The notes: a model not told the origin generated them from the letters alone. A DNA stretch of 64,000 nt from Dimorphilus gyrociliatus (GCA_904063045.1 CAJFCJ010000024.1:186001-250000); one strand, 5' to 3'. Shown: positions 1 to 12,263, counted from the stretch's first letter. Numbers and translations: made by a program.

Positions 1-1106
1 TTTATGTGCTATGTTAAAATGAAAGAGTTGTAAATTTAGCTGAAAAAACTACTGTATTTACTAAAACTTTAAAGATATAACTTCTATTACTGTTTTTATA
101 ATAATTGAACATGATTGTACTTTTTAGGCTTGTCACCTAAAATATAAATCTAAATCAAAACCGTAAAAATAGTATAAAGATACATATACAGTATACATAT
201 AAGGGCTGCAGAGAGTATAAGATAAAAATTATGTATCATTTGTTCATTAGCATGTAGGCTAATGAACTCTTATTCTTCTTCTTTACGAGTAAAATATCGG
301 TTTTTTTCATTGTCTATCAAGCATTGTAGATATCAGAAGAGCTTGAAGTCTGTTTAGTAAAATTGAAGATACAAGGTATCCTTATCGTTTGTTTTTATAT
401 ATACTTGAAATAGTAAAAAAATGAGAAGAATCTCTTTTCATTTTCCCTGTAGCTATATATTTACATATAGTATAGAGAATACAGCATATTTGTCTCATTG
501 AAATTTCATAATTAGATAATAAGCCTAGAAAATTATAAATCTTTATTTTTTCCAACTTATCAGATGAAATCGGAGGAAGAAAACATAATTACATTTCTTA
601 GTTTGCTATTGGGGAAGTAAAATCTTCTTTTGTGGATATAATATAACTTCTAGTCTGAGTGAATTGAATCACTTATATTGTTCTCCATATGGTCTACTTC
701 AAGTCTTTGAAAATTAATACTGCTTCGGCACCCTTAGTAAGATCTCTAGGACATAATTTTGAAATGTCATAAATGGCTTTGTATCTGAGAACGCTGCCGT
801 GATAATTGCTTTCAAAGAGAGAGTGGCTCATGTACGATACCTGCTACACTCGTGTAATTAGCCAAAGGCTATCACATTCCGCGTTTCTTGGAAAATTAAC
901 CATCTTCGTTCTTAAAGAATTATCTTAAACAATATATAGACATATTCTTTATTTTTCAACGAACTTTGTCCTACCCAATTGCATATACAGACGTGAAACA
1001 AATAATTATTTTATGCTTATACAAACTACTTGATTGTTTACATTACTTTTAGATATTAGTCTTTACTTGTCTTTTACATGTCATAGGATTTATCCTTTCA
1101 TTTCGT

Positions 1107-1120
1107 ACGCCATCTGTCGG
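1107..1120 (-). promoter_or_regulatory. CTCF-like motif CCGACAGATGGCGT
   Basis: Matches the CTCF core CCnnnAG(A/G)(T/G)GGCG. Confidence 0.55.
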
Positions 1121-1762
1121 ATAAATAACGTGTCTTCAACGGAGGAGTTTTGTTTTAAAGTTACACACTTATTTAAAATATAATAAATAATTCGTGAATA
1201 AGATTGAGTTTCTCCTGAAAAATTTAATATTCATTTAAGAATTTTCAATATAATTTAGTAAAAAGACAAAGATAAGCAAAGTAAAAGTATTACAACTTTA
1301 GTGTTAATTTCTTTCTAAAATTATATATACTGTATATGTAACTTTATGCAATATATTTCTTTATGAATAAATGAAAGAATAAATGGCAATAATGGCAGAA
1401 ACAGGAAGATCACGTTTAAAAAGAGAAATACGTGAAACTTCTTTGAAATAAAAAATAAAGCAATATGGAGATGAAGAAAGGCTGAATTGTGATTACAATT
1501 CTGTAATAAAGAATTGGCTATAGCTTATGTATAAGTAGTGATGAATGAAATTTTAGTTGTCGATTGGAAACAGTGTCAATAGAGGTTTCTATTGTATTAT
1601 CTTAAAAATACAGTGAAAAGGCAAGGAGACATTAAAACAACATAAACAATTTGCAGAAGGAAACATCCATGCAACATTTTATACATTATGTAACTTTTAA
1701 AATGATATGAATTTGTGGACAAGTATTCAACAACAATTACAATATATAATCATTTTTTCTCA

Positions 1763-2755
1763 TTATGTTTCTATTGGAGTTTTTATAACAGATAATGAGC
1801 GTCTTTCAGGAAAGAGTTTGTGAAATATTAAATATTTACGTAGTTCTTTCCTAAAAGCAGAATATCTAAAAGTATATATAAACGGATTTATAAAACAATT
1901 TACAAATATCATAAACACTGAAAATAGACCAAAATCTGTTTCCAAATTATATACAATACCAAGATTGTAACATAGGAAATATACTTGATTGAATATCCAA
2001 CAAAATAGGAAAGCGCCCGCAACTATTGCAAAAGTTTTAATACTGTTTCTTTTTACTCTTTCAGAAGTTTGAATTCCAGTAGATGGTTTAATAATTGTTG
2101 ACTTTTTTGCAAAAATAAACGCTATACCCATGTAGGAAAACATGATTGCTACAAGCGGTATGATAAATTGTACGCAAGTTAAACCAATACCAACAGCTTT
2201 TGCAACGGCTATACTTGGCCAATTCAGGAATAAACCGCAGGTACCGTTCGGCAGAACTATCGATGTAGGAACATGATAAGAAAATTCATATAATATTCCA
2301 AATATCCAAATACATATACAAAGAACAATTAGACAGCTTCGTTTAACATTTTTATGTTGTATGGGAAATCGAATAGATGCAAAACGCTCCAACGATAAGA
2401 ATACTAAATTGTAAGTTGACGCTATTAAAAGAGCCCATACTAAAACACCACCATACCAAGCTCTACAATACCATTCGCGCAGGGTAACACTTGAATTGGA
2501 CACATCCACTAGCCTCCTTGTCCAATATTCCAAAACAAGTAAAACCGAAGCTAAGCCGTCCAAAATACTCTGATTGATCAAAAATATCGTTGATGAGATT
2601 TTTTTCAAAGGACCTTTAGACCTGAGTAGAATAAAAAGAACAAACATATTTCCACTAGTTCCCAATATAGATATTAATGTATAAACAATATCTTGAAGAA
2701 CTTCTAGTTTTCTAGTTGAAGAATGTGCAATATTTGTTGTATTTCCTTCAATCAT
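1763..2755 (-). CDS. Orphan class A (rhodopsin-like) GPCR, cluster copy 1, intronless
   Basis: Seven hydrophobic segments with GN (TM1), NQSxxD (TM2), WYC/ERF (TM3), FIIP (TM5), CWIFNQ (TM6), NPFIY (TM7). The track start at 2782 is a GTG; the first ATG (MIEGNTT) is at 2755. Confidence 0.93.
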   Translation of the reverse strand: MIEGNTTNIAHSSTRKLEVLQDIVYTLISILGTSGNMFVLFILLRSKGPLKKISSTIFLINQSILDGLASVLLVLEYWTRRLVDVSNSSVTLREWYCRAWYGGVLVWALLIASTYNLVFLSLERFASIRFPIQHKNVKRSCLIVLCICIWIFGILYEFSYHVPTSIVLPNGTCGLFLNWPSIAVAKAVGIGLTCVQFIIPLVAIMFSYMGIAFIFAKKSTIIKPSTGIQTSERVKRNSIKTFAIVAGAFLFCWIFNQVYFLCYNLGIVYNLETDFGLFSVFMIFVNCFINPFIYTFRYSAFRKELRKYLIFHKLFPERRSLSVIKTPIET

Positions 2756-3414
2756 GGTAATTATTTGTCTAATATTCGCCACTCTACGATCAATTCATAG
2801 AGGTCGCTATTGCCTATCAATAACAAGAAATTAAGTATTTGCACTTCTACTATTTAAGTTATTAAAATTATTTTCCAAAGTATCTTCAGGAGGATAAAAA
2901 ATCTTCAAACGTATTTGATCATTTAAGTATGTGTGTTAAGTTTAGTTTACTTATTTATAGTGGTATATATGTATATATATCAGACATATATAGAATTGCA
3001 TGATAGAAAAAGTCTCCTCTCTACGTATTAGGTTAAGAGAAATAGTTGAAAAGAAAATGATAAAGAGATGTCGCAAAGTAATTCATTAAGAGGACAATAT
3101 CAAAATTTCCTTGAATCTTAATTATCTATATGTTTTTTAGGCTCTTTAAACCATCGAAATATTGTCTATATTTATTTATCTTTACTATTTTTATTGCTTC
3201 ATCCCTCTTTTTCTTACTTTATCATCTAATATAGATAATTCTGTAAACAAACAATCGTTTAAAGATGATTTATTTGAGAATAAAGTATCATTTAATACAC
3301 GCTGTTAAAATTCTCATATAACTCTAGTTTTGCACTTATTTTTGTCCTATGTTAGAAATTTGTCAATTAGTTTATTTCTTCGTAAAATGCAAATAGTAAG
3401 TTATGTAATGTTTG

Positions 3415-3428
3415 GCTCCATCTGTTGG
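3415..3428 (-). promoter_or_regulatory. CTCF-like motif CCAACAGATGGAGC in the shared GPCR1/GPCR2 promoter
   Basis: One mismatch in the GGC core; CC retained. Confidence 0.4.
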
Positions 3429-3745
3429 ACAAAAAGAGATTATACAAATACGCTGCAGGGTGAGAATATACTTTATTAGATGAAAATTACAATAACTAAA
3501 TATAGCTAAGGACTTAATGAAATGGAGACAAGCTTTAAAAGTTTTGTCTGGGATTTATTATCCAATTGAAGTTCACGTGACTTTGTTAAAGTGAAGGCGA
3601 TTGGTGGTACTGAGATGACATAAGTTGTGGATGTAATATACCTTGTGGAAACACTTAACATGGATCTTTCATATTCAAGATCAAGTAGCAGCCACATCGT
3701 TTATTCTAATTTTCTTGACGGAGAAAACTTTAAACTGGAAACGCA

Positions 3746-4777
3746 ATGAATTCCAATTCTGATAATACAACAAAGAAGGATGAACTACCTGTTGATCCAG
3801 AGCAGGAAAACATCGAATTAATGCAAGATATCATTTTTACAACTATATCTATCTTTGGAACGTTTGGGAATTTATTTGTTTTATTTATAATTTTGAAATC
3901 AAAAGGAAGATTGAGAACAGCTCTATCTACTATATTTATTATCAATCAAAGTCTATTGGATATGACGGCAGCTATCTTATTGTTTGCTGATCATTGGACA
4001 AGTAGATTAGTTGATGAGACTAAACTTACTGGAACATTTCTAATTTGGTATTGTCGTGCTTGGTACAAAGGAGCGTGGGTTTGGGGTATTTTAACTGGAT
4101 CGTCGTATAATTTGGTTCTTCTATCGTTAGAACGATATTTTTCAGTTATATTTCCAATCGCTCACAAGAATTTATCGAGGAGGAAAATAATCATCGCCGC
4201 TATTTTAGTTTGGCTTATTTTTATAAGCTACGAATTTTCACATCAAACGCCTACGAGCACTATTTCAGAGACAGGTCATTGCGCTCCTTTTTCTAAATGG
4301 CCAAATGATCTGATAAGGCGGTCAGTTGGAGTTTTGATCATAGCTATTCAATTTATAATACCGCTAATAATCATTGCTTTTTCCTACATTTCATTGGCAA
4401 TAACTTTTTCTAAGAAATCAGCTAGTGTTGCACCTTCACAACATGGTCAGGATATGTCTCAAAGGGTTAGAAAGAATAGTATTAAAACCTTTGCCATTGT
4501 AGCTTGCGCTTTTGTAATTTGTTGGATATTCAATCAGACGTACTTTTTAGGTTTTTATTTTGGTCTTGTCTCGTCTCTTACAGGATACTATTATCATTTC
4601 TCCGTATTTATGGTATTTGTTAATTGTTTTATTAATCCATTCATATACACATTTAGATATGGTGAATTTAAGAAAGAGTTACGTAAATATCGTCTATTTA
4701 AATTGTGTATGAGGTCTAAAGGTGAAACAAAAGAAGGAGCAAACATGTCAACTGATAAAACTAGTACAAATTACTAG
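3746..4777 (+). CDS. Orphan class A GPCR, cluster copy 2, intronless
   Basis: 343-aa ORF, 7TM with GN, NQSLLD, ERY, CWIFNQ, NPFIY and an N-terminal N-glycosylation sequon; divergently transcribed from copy 1. Confidence 0.95.
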   Translation: MNSNSDNTTKKDELPVDPEQENIELMQDIIFTTISIFGTFGNLFVLFIILKSKGRLRTALSTIFIINQSLLDMTAAILLFADHWTSRLVDETKLTGTFLIWYCRAWYKGAWVWGILTGSSYNLVLLSLERYFSVIFPIAHKNLSRRKIIIAAILVWLIFISYEFSHQTPTSTISETGHCAPFSKWPNDLIRRSVGVLIIAIQFIIPLIIIAFSYISLAITFSKKSASVAPSQHGQDMSQRVRKNSIKTFAIVACAFVICWIFNQTYFLGFYFGLVSSLTGYYYHFSVFMVFVNCFINPFIYTFRYGEFKKELRKYRLFKLCMRSKGETKEGANMSTDKTSTNY

Positions 4778-6858
4778 TTGCAATTAATTATTTCTCAATC
4801 TTACCATTTTAACAAATTAGATTGATGTTTATCAGGGTGTTCGTTCTAGAATAGCAAATTTTCAGACACGTACGAATACGCAAACACATAACACACACAG
4901 CTATACTCACTTACAAATATATATATACTAATATATATATATACTGCATAAATATGTACAGTATGTATATCCTTCTCTCTCTCTCTCTTACTCATGACAC
5001 TAAATTCATAACTGGTTAAGTGATGTTATGTGTCATTAAACTGTTGTTGTATATTAATTAATTCTTATTCTTTAACAATTTTTAGCTAAAATATGCAAAA
5101 TTAATTTACAAAGTACCATTAATCGTGCTAGTTGATTTGAATACACAAATAAAATATACAGTATTATGATATAATGCGTTATTAAAACGTTTATTAATCA
5201 GCCAAAAATAATCTAAAGTCTATTTAAAGGCAAATGTAGGTACACTATATTTATTAATATATAGACTTATATATTTATCATATTTGGTAGAATAAGAAAA
5301 GCACTCTTGCTCTTCGTCTATTTGAATAAAAGATAATTTATTTATTTTATATTAAATAGGGAGATTTTTTTTTGTTCCGATGTTAATCGACATTCTCTTC
5401 ACCTGAAATAATAAAGAGAATTTTATATATTTAGTGTGTTTGCATTAGAAACTATATGAATTAATATCCCGGTTAAACAACATCTTCGTTAGATCATCTA
5501 ACGATGAAAATTCAAAAGATTCATTTTTTTATCATACTAAAAGAAGTTCATTTCCTTTATCAAAAACCAGGCATCCGTAAGTTTTGGAGCATTTAGTTAC
5601 AGACTGAACTTGAAAGGGATTTTTCTGTTGTAAAATTATCCAAACAAACTTGCATTGTGATCATAAAAGACAATTTGACCTAAAAAGGGACTAACGGTAT
5701 CCTTCCATCCATTTTTATATAAAAAAGAAGGTTATCAAAATTTATCCTTGTTGAAATATGTTTATATAAAAATAGTTTCCAATTTAGATAAATAGATAGA
5801 GTAATTTAACATAATTATGATCATTAATTCTTTTGTATTTCATAAAGAATAGACAAATTTCACTTTTTATAGCTTTTCTTTCATAAAAATTATTTCTATA
5901 AAAAGCTCTTTCTCTTCCTCTTCTTCTCTGTATTATCTTTTCTCTTTTCTTTTTCTTATTTAAACATTTTACTGAACTTTACTTACATCCTTAAACTTTG
6001 TCTTCGTTAATTAACTTAACAAGTGATAAGAAAAAAAATGGAATATGAAGTATGCTGTATTATTAATCCTAAATTGATTATCCTTCCTCCTTTATTACTG
6101 TCTATTAGAGTTTCTTGTTTATTGTTTACTTTGTAAATTCTATTTTTCTTTTATCACAGACACTTTTAAAGAAGATCCTGGAGTGATAATTTTTATAATC
6201 CTTCATATTTTACATTATCAGTTAAAAGGATATTTGTGTAATAAGACCATCCAAGTTTTGTCTTTTTTATAATTAACATACAATACTATAATTACTTCTT
6301 TCTCAGTCTTTTGTTGCTTAAAAAATGAAAATTTCCTAAGGAGCTCACCTTTCGGGTGCATTCATCAGTATCTAAAAAATATTTAGTCATTTTGACTTTT
6401 ATCTCCTCTTATTTAATATTTTTTTGAGATGAAAGGATAAAACTTTCTATAGGTTTCCTCTATGTCAATAGCACTAGGGTTCTTTAAATTGTATCGATAT
6501 TTCTAGATCGTTTACTTATTTTACAAACTGCCAGTATAATCTGTTGAAAAGTGTTCTAGCCGACTATATATTTACTGCAGAAATTCGTTATGCCTAACGG
6601 CGCAATTTCTCTTTTTTGCATTTCCTGAAATCCTCATTTCTTTATTTTTGGTGCATTAAAATAAAAAGATTCATATGAACTATATGCATGCATTCCTATT
6701 TAATGAGTATACAATAATCTATAGTTGGAAAAAATGATAATTTAATTGAAAGTCTGTTTTTAATTAAAAGTCTATTTGTATTGAGAATTATTTGTTCACT
6801 AAAAGGGATTTTCCAAAATTTTCAACATCATTACGCTGCATATATATCATAATTATTA

Positions 6859-6872
6859 ATGCCATCTATTGG
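6859..6872 (-). promoter_or_regulatory. CTCF-like motif CCAATAGATGGCAT
   Basis: CTCF core match, between convergent GPCR2 and GPCR3. Confidence 0.5.
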
Positions 6873-7410
6873 ATATGAAGAAACAATCTCAAACCTACAT
6901 TCTTTCTAAAATCTATTTAAATATGAGCGGAGAAAGAATAGAAAGATGAAAAAGTTATATTATCTACTGTTAATTTAATAAAAACAAATAGAAAATGTTT
7001 GTTGTTTACTGAAATAGTATTTTCTCTCTTACAGTCTATATATATACACTTTATTTATGTATTATTATAAATACACAGATAAGACAAAGTCTTTACACTA
7101 AGTCCTCTTAACCTGTTTATATTTGCCCCTATTCTATATATAAGTTGATTTTCTGGACAAAAGAATTTATAATGATAGCATTCTTTTCTATATTTATATA
7201 ATTTTCGTTAAAATACAAATGATGAATGTAATACTAGATAATAAATTTTAAGCATATATTAAAATTTTATCATTCCAATTCAAAACATAATAGAATAACA
7301 TTTTATACTAAAAATGTGTTTACATTAGCACGAAATTTTCTCATTTTTCTATTAAAATTTGATACATGTATAAAAACAAGGAAGAATGGACAATGAAGAA
7401 ACAAGGAGAA

Positions 7411-7434
7411 AGAGAGAGAGAGAGAGAGAGAGAG
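7411..7434. repeat. (AG)n microsatellite
   Basis: Direct reading. Confidence 0.95.
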
Positions 7435-8175
7435 AATGATAAAAAATGTGTCAGATACCTATTTTTAGATATTCTATCTTGGTTTCTGTTTACATCATGT
7501 ATAAAGTTTATATAAACGAACTAATTTAGAATATTTAGGTACAGTTCCCTTTTTTTACTTTTACTCTAAAATCAATTTTATGTAATATTTTTTATAATAA
7601 AAAAAAGTTCACTACTTAAGTACAGAATCTTAGTATCTATTGAAAGTATATTTATACAAATAATACCATTTTTTACTCTTCATAATAAGTCTTTGATTTC
7701 TCTCGTTTTAAGTTTTTAGTTTTCTTTTTTTTTTAAAAAAAAGAAATAAATTAATTTTAACTTTATTTAAAATATTTAATATCATTCTTTACAATAAATG
7801 AAATTATTTTAAAAAGCGGCGGCAAAGAGATGTAATGTCAATACGTCTGTATAATAACAACCGTTCCTCAAACACCCTATTTACAGAATGATTACATCGA
7901 AGTTTTATTTTCCCTATGAACACTCTAGTATGAATTCTAGCGGTATTTTCCTGTTATTCTTCAAACATGATTACTTTATTTTATCATTATCCGAATGAAT
8001 GTGAAATGGAAATGATATTGCACTTTATTTTATTTTTTGCGTGTTTTATATTAAATATTTTCTCAAATATATTTTACTACAGATATGTATAGGAGTAATC
8101 AATTAATAAGTATACAAACAATTTCATATGGGCTTAGGGGAGTACGACGAAATCCTACAACATTAATATAATTAG

Positions 8176-9216
8176 TTAGAACTTTGATTCCTTTGTGTCC
8201 TTCTCCTCTGCTGAATTTTCACCACTTGTTGATATTTCGTTACTAACTTTAAAACATTGCTTAAATAGACGATATTTACGCAATTCTTTCTTAAATTCAC
8301 CATATCTAAATGTGTATATGAATGGATTAATAAAACAATTAACAAATACCATAAATTTTGAGAAATGATAATAATAGCCTGTAAGAGACGAGACAAGACC
8401 AAAATAAAAACCTAAAAAGTACGTCTGATTGAATATCCAACAAATTACAAAAGCGCAAGCTACAATGGCAAAGGTTTTAATACTATTCTTTCTAACCCTT
8501 TGAGGCATATCCTGAGCATGTTGTGAAGGCGCAACACTAGCTGATTTCTTAGAGAAACTTATTGCCAACGAAATATATGAGAAGGCAATGATTACTAGCG
8601 GTATAATGAATTGTATTACAACTATTAATATTCCTACAGCTCTTCTGGTAAGATCATTCGGCCAATTTGAAAAAGACCGACATAATCCGGTACTCAATAC
8701 TACAGTTGTACCCGATTGATGAGCATATTGATAGCAAATGAATACAATCCACACTAAAGTTGCTGCAATAATAGCCTTTCGCCTCGATAAATTCTTGTGA
8801 GCGACCGGATACATAACTGAAAAGTATCGTTCTAATGATAAAAGAACTAAATTATACGATGATCCTATAAGAACACCCCAAACAGTTACATGCCCATTCC
8901 AGCCGTGACAGTACCATTTTAACAATGATCCATGCATTGTTCTCTCGTCTATCAATTTTTCTGTCCAGTAGCTAATTCCAAGTAGAACGGAAGTTGCTGT
9001 GTCTATCAAACTTTGATTAATTAAAAAGATCGTTGACATCATTTTATGTATTGGTCCTCTGGATCGAAGTACAATTATTAAAACAAATATATTACCAAAA
9101 GTTCCTAAAACAGATATTATTGTATAAGTAACATCCTGAACGAATTCAATAGTTTCTTTTTCGTTTTTTATAGTATTTGAATTGTTTCTTATTATCGTTC
9201 CATTGAAAGTTATCAT
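8176..9216 (-). CDS. Orphan class A GPCR, cluster copy 3, intronless
   Basis: 346-aa ORF with the same motif set; C-terminal third nearly identical to copy 2. Confidence 0.95.
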   Translation of the reverse strand: MITFNGTIIRNNSNTIKNEKETIEFVQDVTYTIISVLGTFGNIFVLIIVLRSRGPIHKMMSTIFLINQSLIDTATSVLLGISYWTEKLIDERTMHGSLLKWYCHGWNGHVTVWGVLIGSSYNLVLLSLERYFSVMYPVAHKNLSRRKAIIAATLVWIVFICYQYAHQSGTTVVLSTGLCRSFSNWPNDLTRRAVGILIVVIQFIIPLVIIAFSYISLAISFSKKSASVAPSQHAQDMPQRVRKNSIKTFAIVACAFVICWIFNQTYFLGFYFGLVSSLTGYYYHFSKFMVFVNCFINPFIYTFRYGEFKKELRKYRLFKQCFKVSNEISTSGENSAEEKDTKESKF

Positions 9217-9448
9217 CTCACTTTTCTCTTCTTAATATAATGTTCCCAACATGAATGTTATTTTTATTACAGTTCTTACGAAATTTTGTCTCAGGTGTGC
9301 TCGAAAATTACTTTACAGCTTCATTTTTATAATTAAAATATCATCCAATAGACTCTTCTATGTTTATTCTATCCAATCACAATTCGTTTTAGAAAATATA
9401 ACACCTATTCTATAGTAAAATTTGTTGTTTTTTTTAACTACTCCAATA

Positions 9449-9467
9449 TAGACGTCAGTGACGTCTA
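9449..9467. promoter_or_regulatory. Perfect 9-bp inverted repeat forming a double CRE-like site
   Basis: TAGACGTCA-G-TGACGTCTA; each arm matches TGACGTCA at 7 of 8 bases; 233 bp upstream of the GPCR3 ATG. Confidence 0.5.
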
Positions 9468-9588
9468 ACTAATTTGCATAAATTGACAGAAATGGCTAAT
9501 ATTCTTTTAGAAATTAGTTTCTTTATTTAAATCTTTTTGGAGACATTAAACATTCAATTATGAATAGATGTAGGTATTGCATTTATAT

Positions 9589-9603
9589 GTGATAGATGGC
9601 GCC
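9589..9603 (+). promoter_or_regulatory. CTCF-like motif GTGATAGATGGCGCC upstream of GPCR3
   Basis: AGATGGCGC core. Confidence 0.5.
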
Positions 9604-10031
9604 AAAGATAAATATGAGAAAATGAAAATAGACGAAAAAAAAGGAAAATTATTATTATTCAATAAACAAACAAAGAAACTCTTGTTTAAAACGAAATATT
9701 CAACTTTTAATCTTTTAATGACTAATAACTTCTTTTTTTAATGTTTCTTAAGAGGATAAAGGGAAATACAGACTGTATGTACCTAATATATTTATTTGTT
9801 TATTTGTAAGTATATAGGTTTTGTTAGAAATTTCTAAGGAAAAATGTAGTATTTGATATCGTAGATGAATAGGCTAATAAAGGAAGCTAAGGAATATTTC
9901 TGTGGCTCTTTCATAAACAAAAGTATAGAGGGATACACTTTAAAATATCTCATTAAGAATAATTTTTAGGAATAGGGAAGAAAATATTCTAAAAACAATG
10001 AAAGTATCTTTTCGTATTATTTAATAATATT

Positions 10032-11012
10032 TTAAAATGAGCACTGTGTTCTCGCGGATGTTCCTTGTGAAGCATTTAATGGGTTCACCTCTTTCTTTTT
10101 AAAACAGTTACGCTTTAAAAGTTCTTTTTTAAATTCGTCATATCTAAAAGTATATATAAATGGATTAATAAAACAATTAACAAATACCATAATAACTGAA
10201 AAATGTCCAAATACTGTTTCTAAACTGTCGATTAATCCTATACTAAACAAGAAAAAGTAAATTTGATTAAATATCCAACAGAAAACAAAGGCTATTGAAA
10301 CTATAGCAAATGTTTTTATACTACTTTTGCGTATCCTCTGAGTTGTTTCATTCGCTATGCTAGATGTTCTCTTGACAAATGATAAGGATATCGATATGTA
10401 AATATATGATATAATTAGAAGTGGTAATATAAATTGAACAAGTACGACAAATATACCAACACCTCTAGAAGTTTCCAAATTAGGCATTTTAACAAATAAA
10501 CCACAATTACCATCTGGTAAAACAATCGTTGTTGGAACTTGCCTCGCTAGTTGATAGACTACACACACCAACCACAGAACTACACATAAGACAATTACTC
10601 TGTTTCGCGACAAATTTTTGTGCTGAATAGGATACTTTATGGAAACGTATCGTTCCAAGGAGAGAAACACAAGATTATATGTGGAGGCTACCATTATACC
10701 CCAAACAAAAACGCCTCCATACCATCCTCTACAATACCAGTTTAACAATCCGGAGCTCAAATCGGAGACGTCTACCAATTTTCTAGTCCAGTATTCAAGT
10801 GCCAGAAGAAAAGATGCCGAAGCGTCCAAAATACTTTGATTAATTAGAAAGATAGATGACAATGCTTTGTGAATTGAACCTTTTGACTTTAACACAATAT
10901 ATAAAACAAACAAATTTCCAAATATACCCAAGATTGCAATTAATGAAAATGCAATGTCTTGAACAAGTTCTAATTGAACAGAAGTTTCAGAATGAGAGGA
11001 GTTACCAGCCAT
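10032..11012 (-). CDS. Orphan class A GPCR, cluster copy 4, intronless
   Basis: 326-aa ORF, 7TM with GN, NQSILD, ERY, CWIFNQ, NPFIY. Confidence 0.95.
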   Translation of the reverse strand: MAGNSSHSETSVQLELVQDIAFSLIAILGIFGNLFVLYIVLKSKGSIHKALSSIFLINQSILDASASFLLALEYWTRKLVDVSDLSSGLLNWYCRGWYGGVFVWGIMVASTYNLVFLSLERYVSIKYPIQHKNLSRNRVIVLCVVLWLVCVVYQLARQVPTTIVLPDGNCGLFVKMPNLETSRGVGIFVVLVQFILPLLIISYIYISISLSFVKRTSSIANETTQRIRKSSIKTFAIVSIAFVFCWIFNQIYFFLFSIGLIDSLETVFGHFSVIMVFVNCFINPFIYTFRYDEFKKELLKRNCFKKKEVNPLNASQGTSARTQCSF

Positions 11013-11062
11013 ACTCTCTCTTCTAATCTTTAATAATCATAAGTAAAGAAAGTATCTATAAT

Positions 11063-11076
11063 TCTCCAGGGGGCGT
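11063..11076 (+). promoter_or_regulatory. CTCF-like motif TCTCCAGGGGGCGT about 50 bp upstream of GPCR4
   Basis: CAGGGGGCG core. Confidence 0.55.
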
Positions 11077-11441
11077 CTAAATATCAACTCCTCGACTAAG
11101 GTTTCGTTTAAGGATTTGAAATTATGTTAATTAACCTATGTGCTTTGGTTGTAAATTAGATTATCAAAACAAATACTTAATTATATTGAAAAAGTTTGAC
11201 TAATTAAATGCGCTATGTAATTTCTTTCATATCTTAAGTTTACCATAAAGTTTATATTTCATTTCTATGGAAACTAGAAATATCGTTAGTAGCTATTATA
11301 TTTTTAACGTGCTTTTATGCTAATAGAAACTAAACTGAAAAAAGAAATTAAGTAAATAGAGAAACGTTTGAGAGGCTTTTAGGAAATAAATAAGATCTAA
11401 CAAATATTAGAGTCCTAAGAATTATTAAATATCTAGATTCA

Positions 11442-11468
<27 letters not shown>
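11442..11468. repeat. (AT)n microsatellite
   Basis: Direct reading. Confidence 0.95.
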
Positions 11469-11473
<5 letters not shown>

Positions 11474-11881
11474 AATTGTGAATTGCAAAGCATTGATAGC
11501 CATATTCAGTCATAATTTTCAATAATAATAGGTACATATAAGGAATATAAAATAGTTTCAAAGAAATTATCTATAACTGCTATGTTTTGTCATCTCTAGA
11601 GTGAAAAAGAATACAGTTTTTATGTGCTTGAAACGTTAATCTTCCATACGGAATAGACACTTTTCTAACTCTTACCTTCTATAATATCCGGTCCATTTGT
11701 AAGATCAAGAACAAACACAGTCATACAGGCACTCTAAGATTACTTTTTTCTCAAAGTCTCACCTTTTATGTTTGACACTGACTTATAGGACGAAATAGTA
11801 TCACACTAAGGAAACAATAAAACTTCAGATTAACAAGTGAAATCTTTAGAATTTAATACAATCGAGGATCTCCGAAAAGCT

Positions 11882-11895
11882 GCGCCACCTATGAA
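11882..11895 (-). promoter_or_regulatory. CTCF-like motif TTCATAGGTGGCGC
   Basis: AGGTGGCGC core, between GPCR4 and GPCR5. Confidence 0.55.
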
Positions 11896-12263
11896 CCAGC
11901 TTACATAAAAACTATGTAACGATTGTCAGCCTAAGAATTAAGTACTTTCTTATTTTGAAGTTTGGAGGGAAAATATAAATATAATCAATAATTAATAATT
12001 CGTTCTAGACATCAGTTGTATAGTCATATTTTCAAGCTAATTATGTAAATATTCTCGTAAATGAACTTTTAGCATATGCAAATATATTTGGTGTGCATAT
12101 AGTTTATTATACATAATGTAACTGCTATATAAAATATACTTAAACAATACATAAATCTTTTTTTTTAAACAAAACAAGCAAAGTAGCTATTGTATCTTGT
12201 TTTCATATCTATAAATGGTTAGATTCCCAAGGAAATATTAATCATATTGCATATATATTGCAT

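Noticed and set aside
240-910. Possible spliced gene fragment at the left edge
   Set aside because: Splice-like signals and short open stretches occur on both strands, but I could not build a phase-consistent exon chain or recognise a domain.
5486-5504. Perfect 9-bp inverted repeat TCGTTAGAT-C-ATCTAACGA
   Set aside because: No recognised motif or second copy; a few such palindromes are expected by chance in 64 kb.
6330-6640. Micro-exon-like segments on the minus strand (e.g. DTDECTRK)
   Set aside because: Neighbouring candidate exons give stops in all consistent phases.
8356-8358. Opsin hypothesis for the TM7 Lys of GPCR3
   Set aside because: The Lys maps to 7.39, not the retinal-binding 7.43.
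3506-10839. Short ORFs overlapping or antisense to the GPCRs (3506, 3730, 8172, 10639)
   Set aside because: Shadow ORFs of real coding sequence with no independent features.
11640-11935. Cryptic spliced small gene between GPCR4 and GPCR5
   Set aside because: Good-looking donors and acceptors, but joined frames terminate within a few codons; at most a non-coding transcript.
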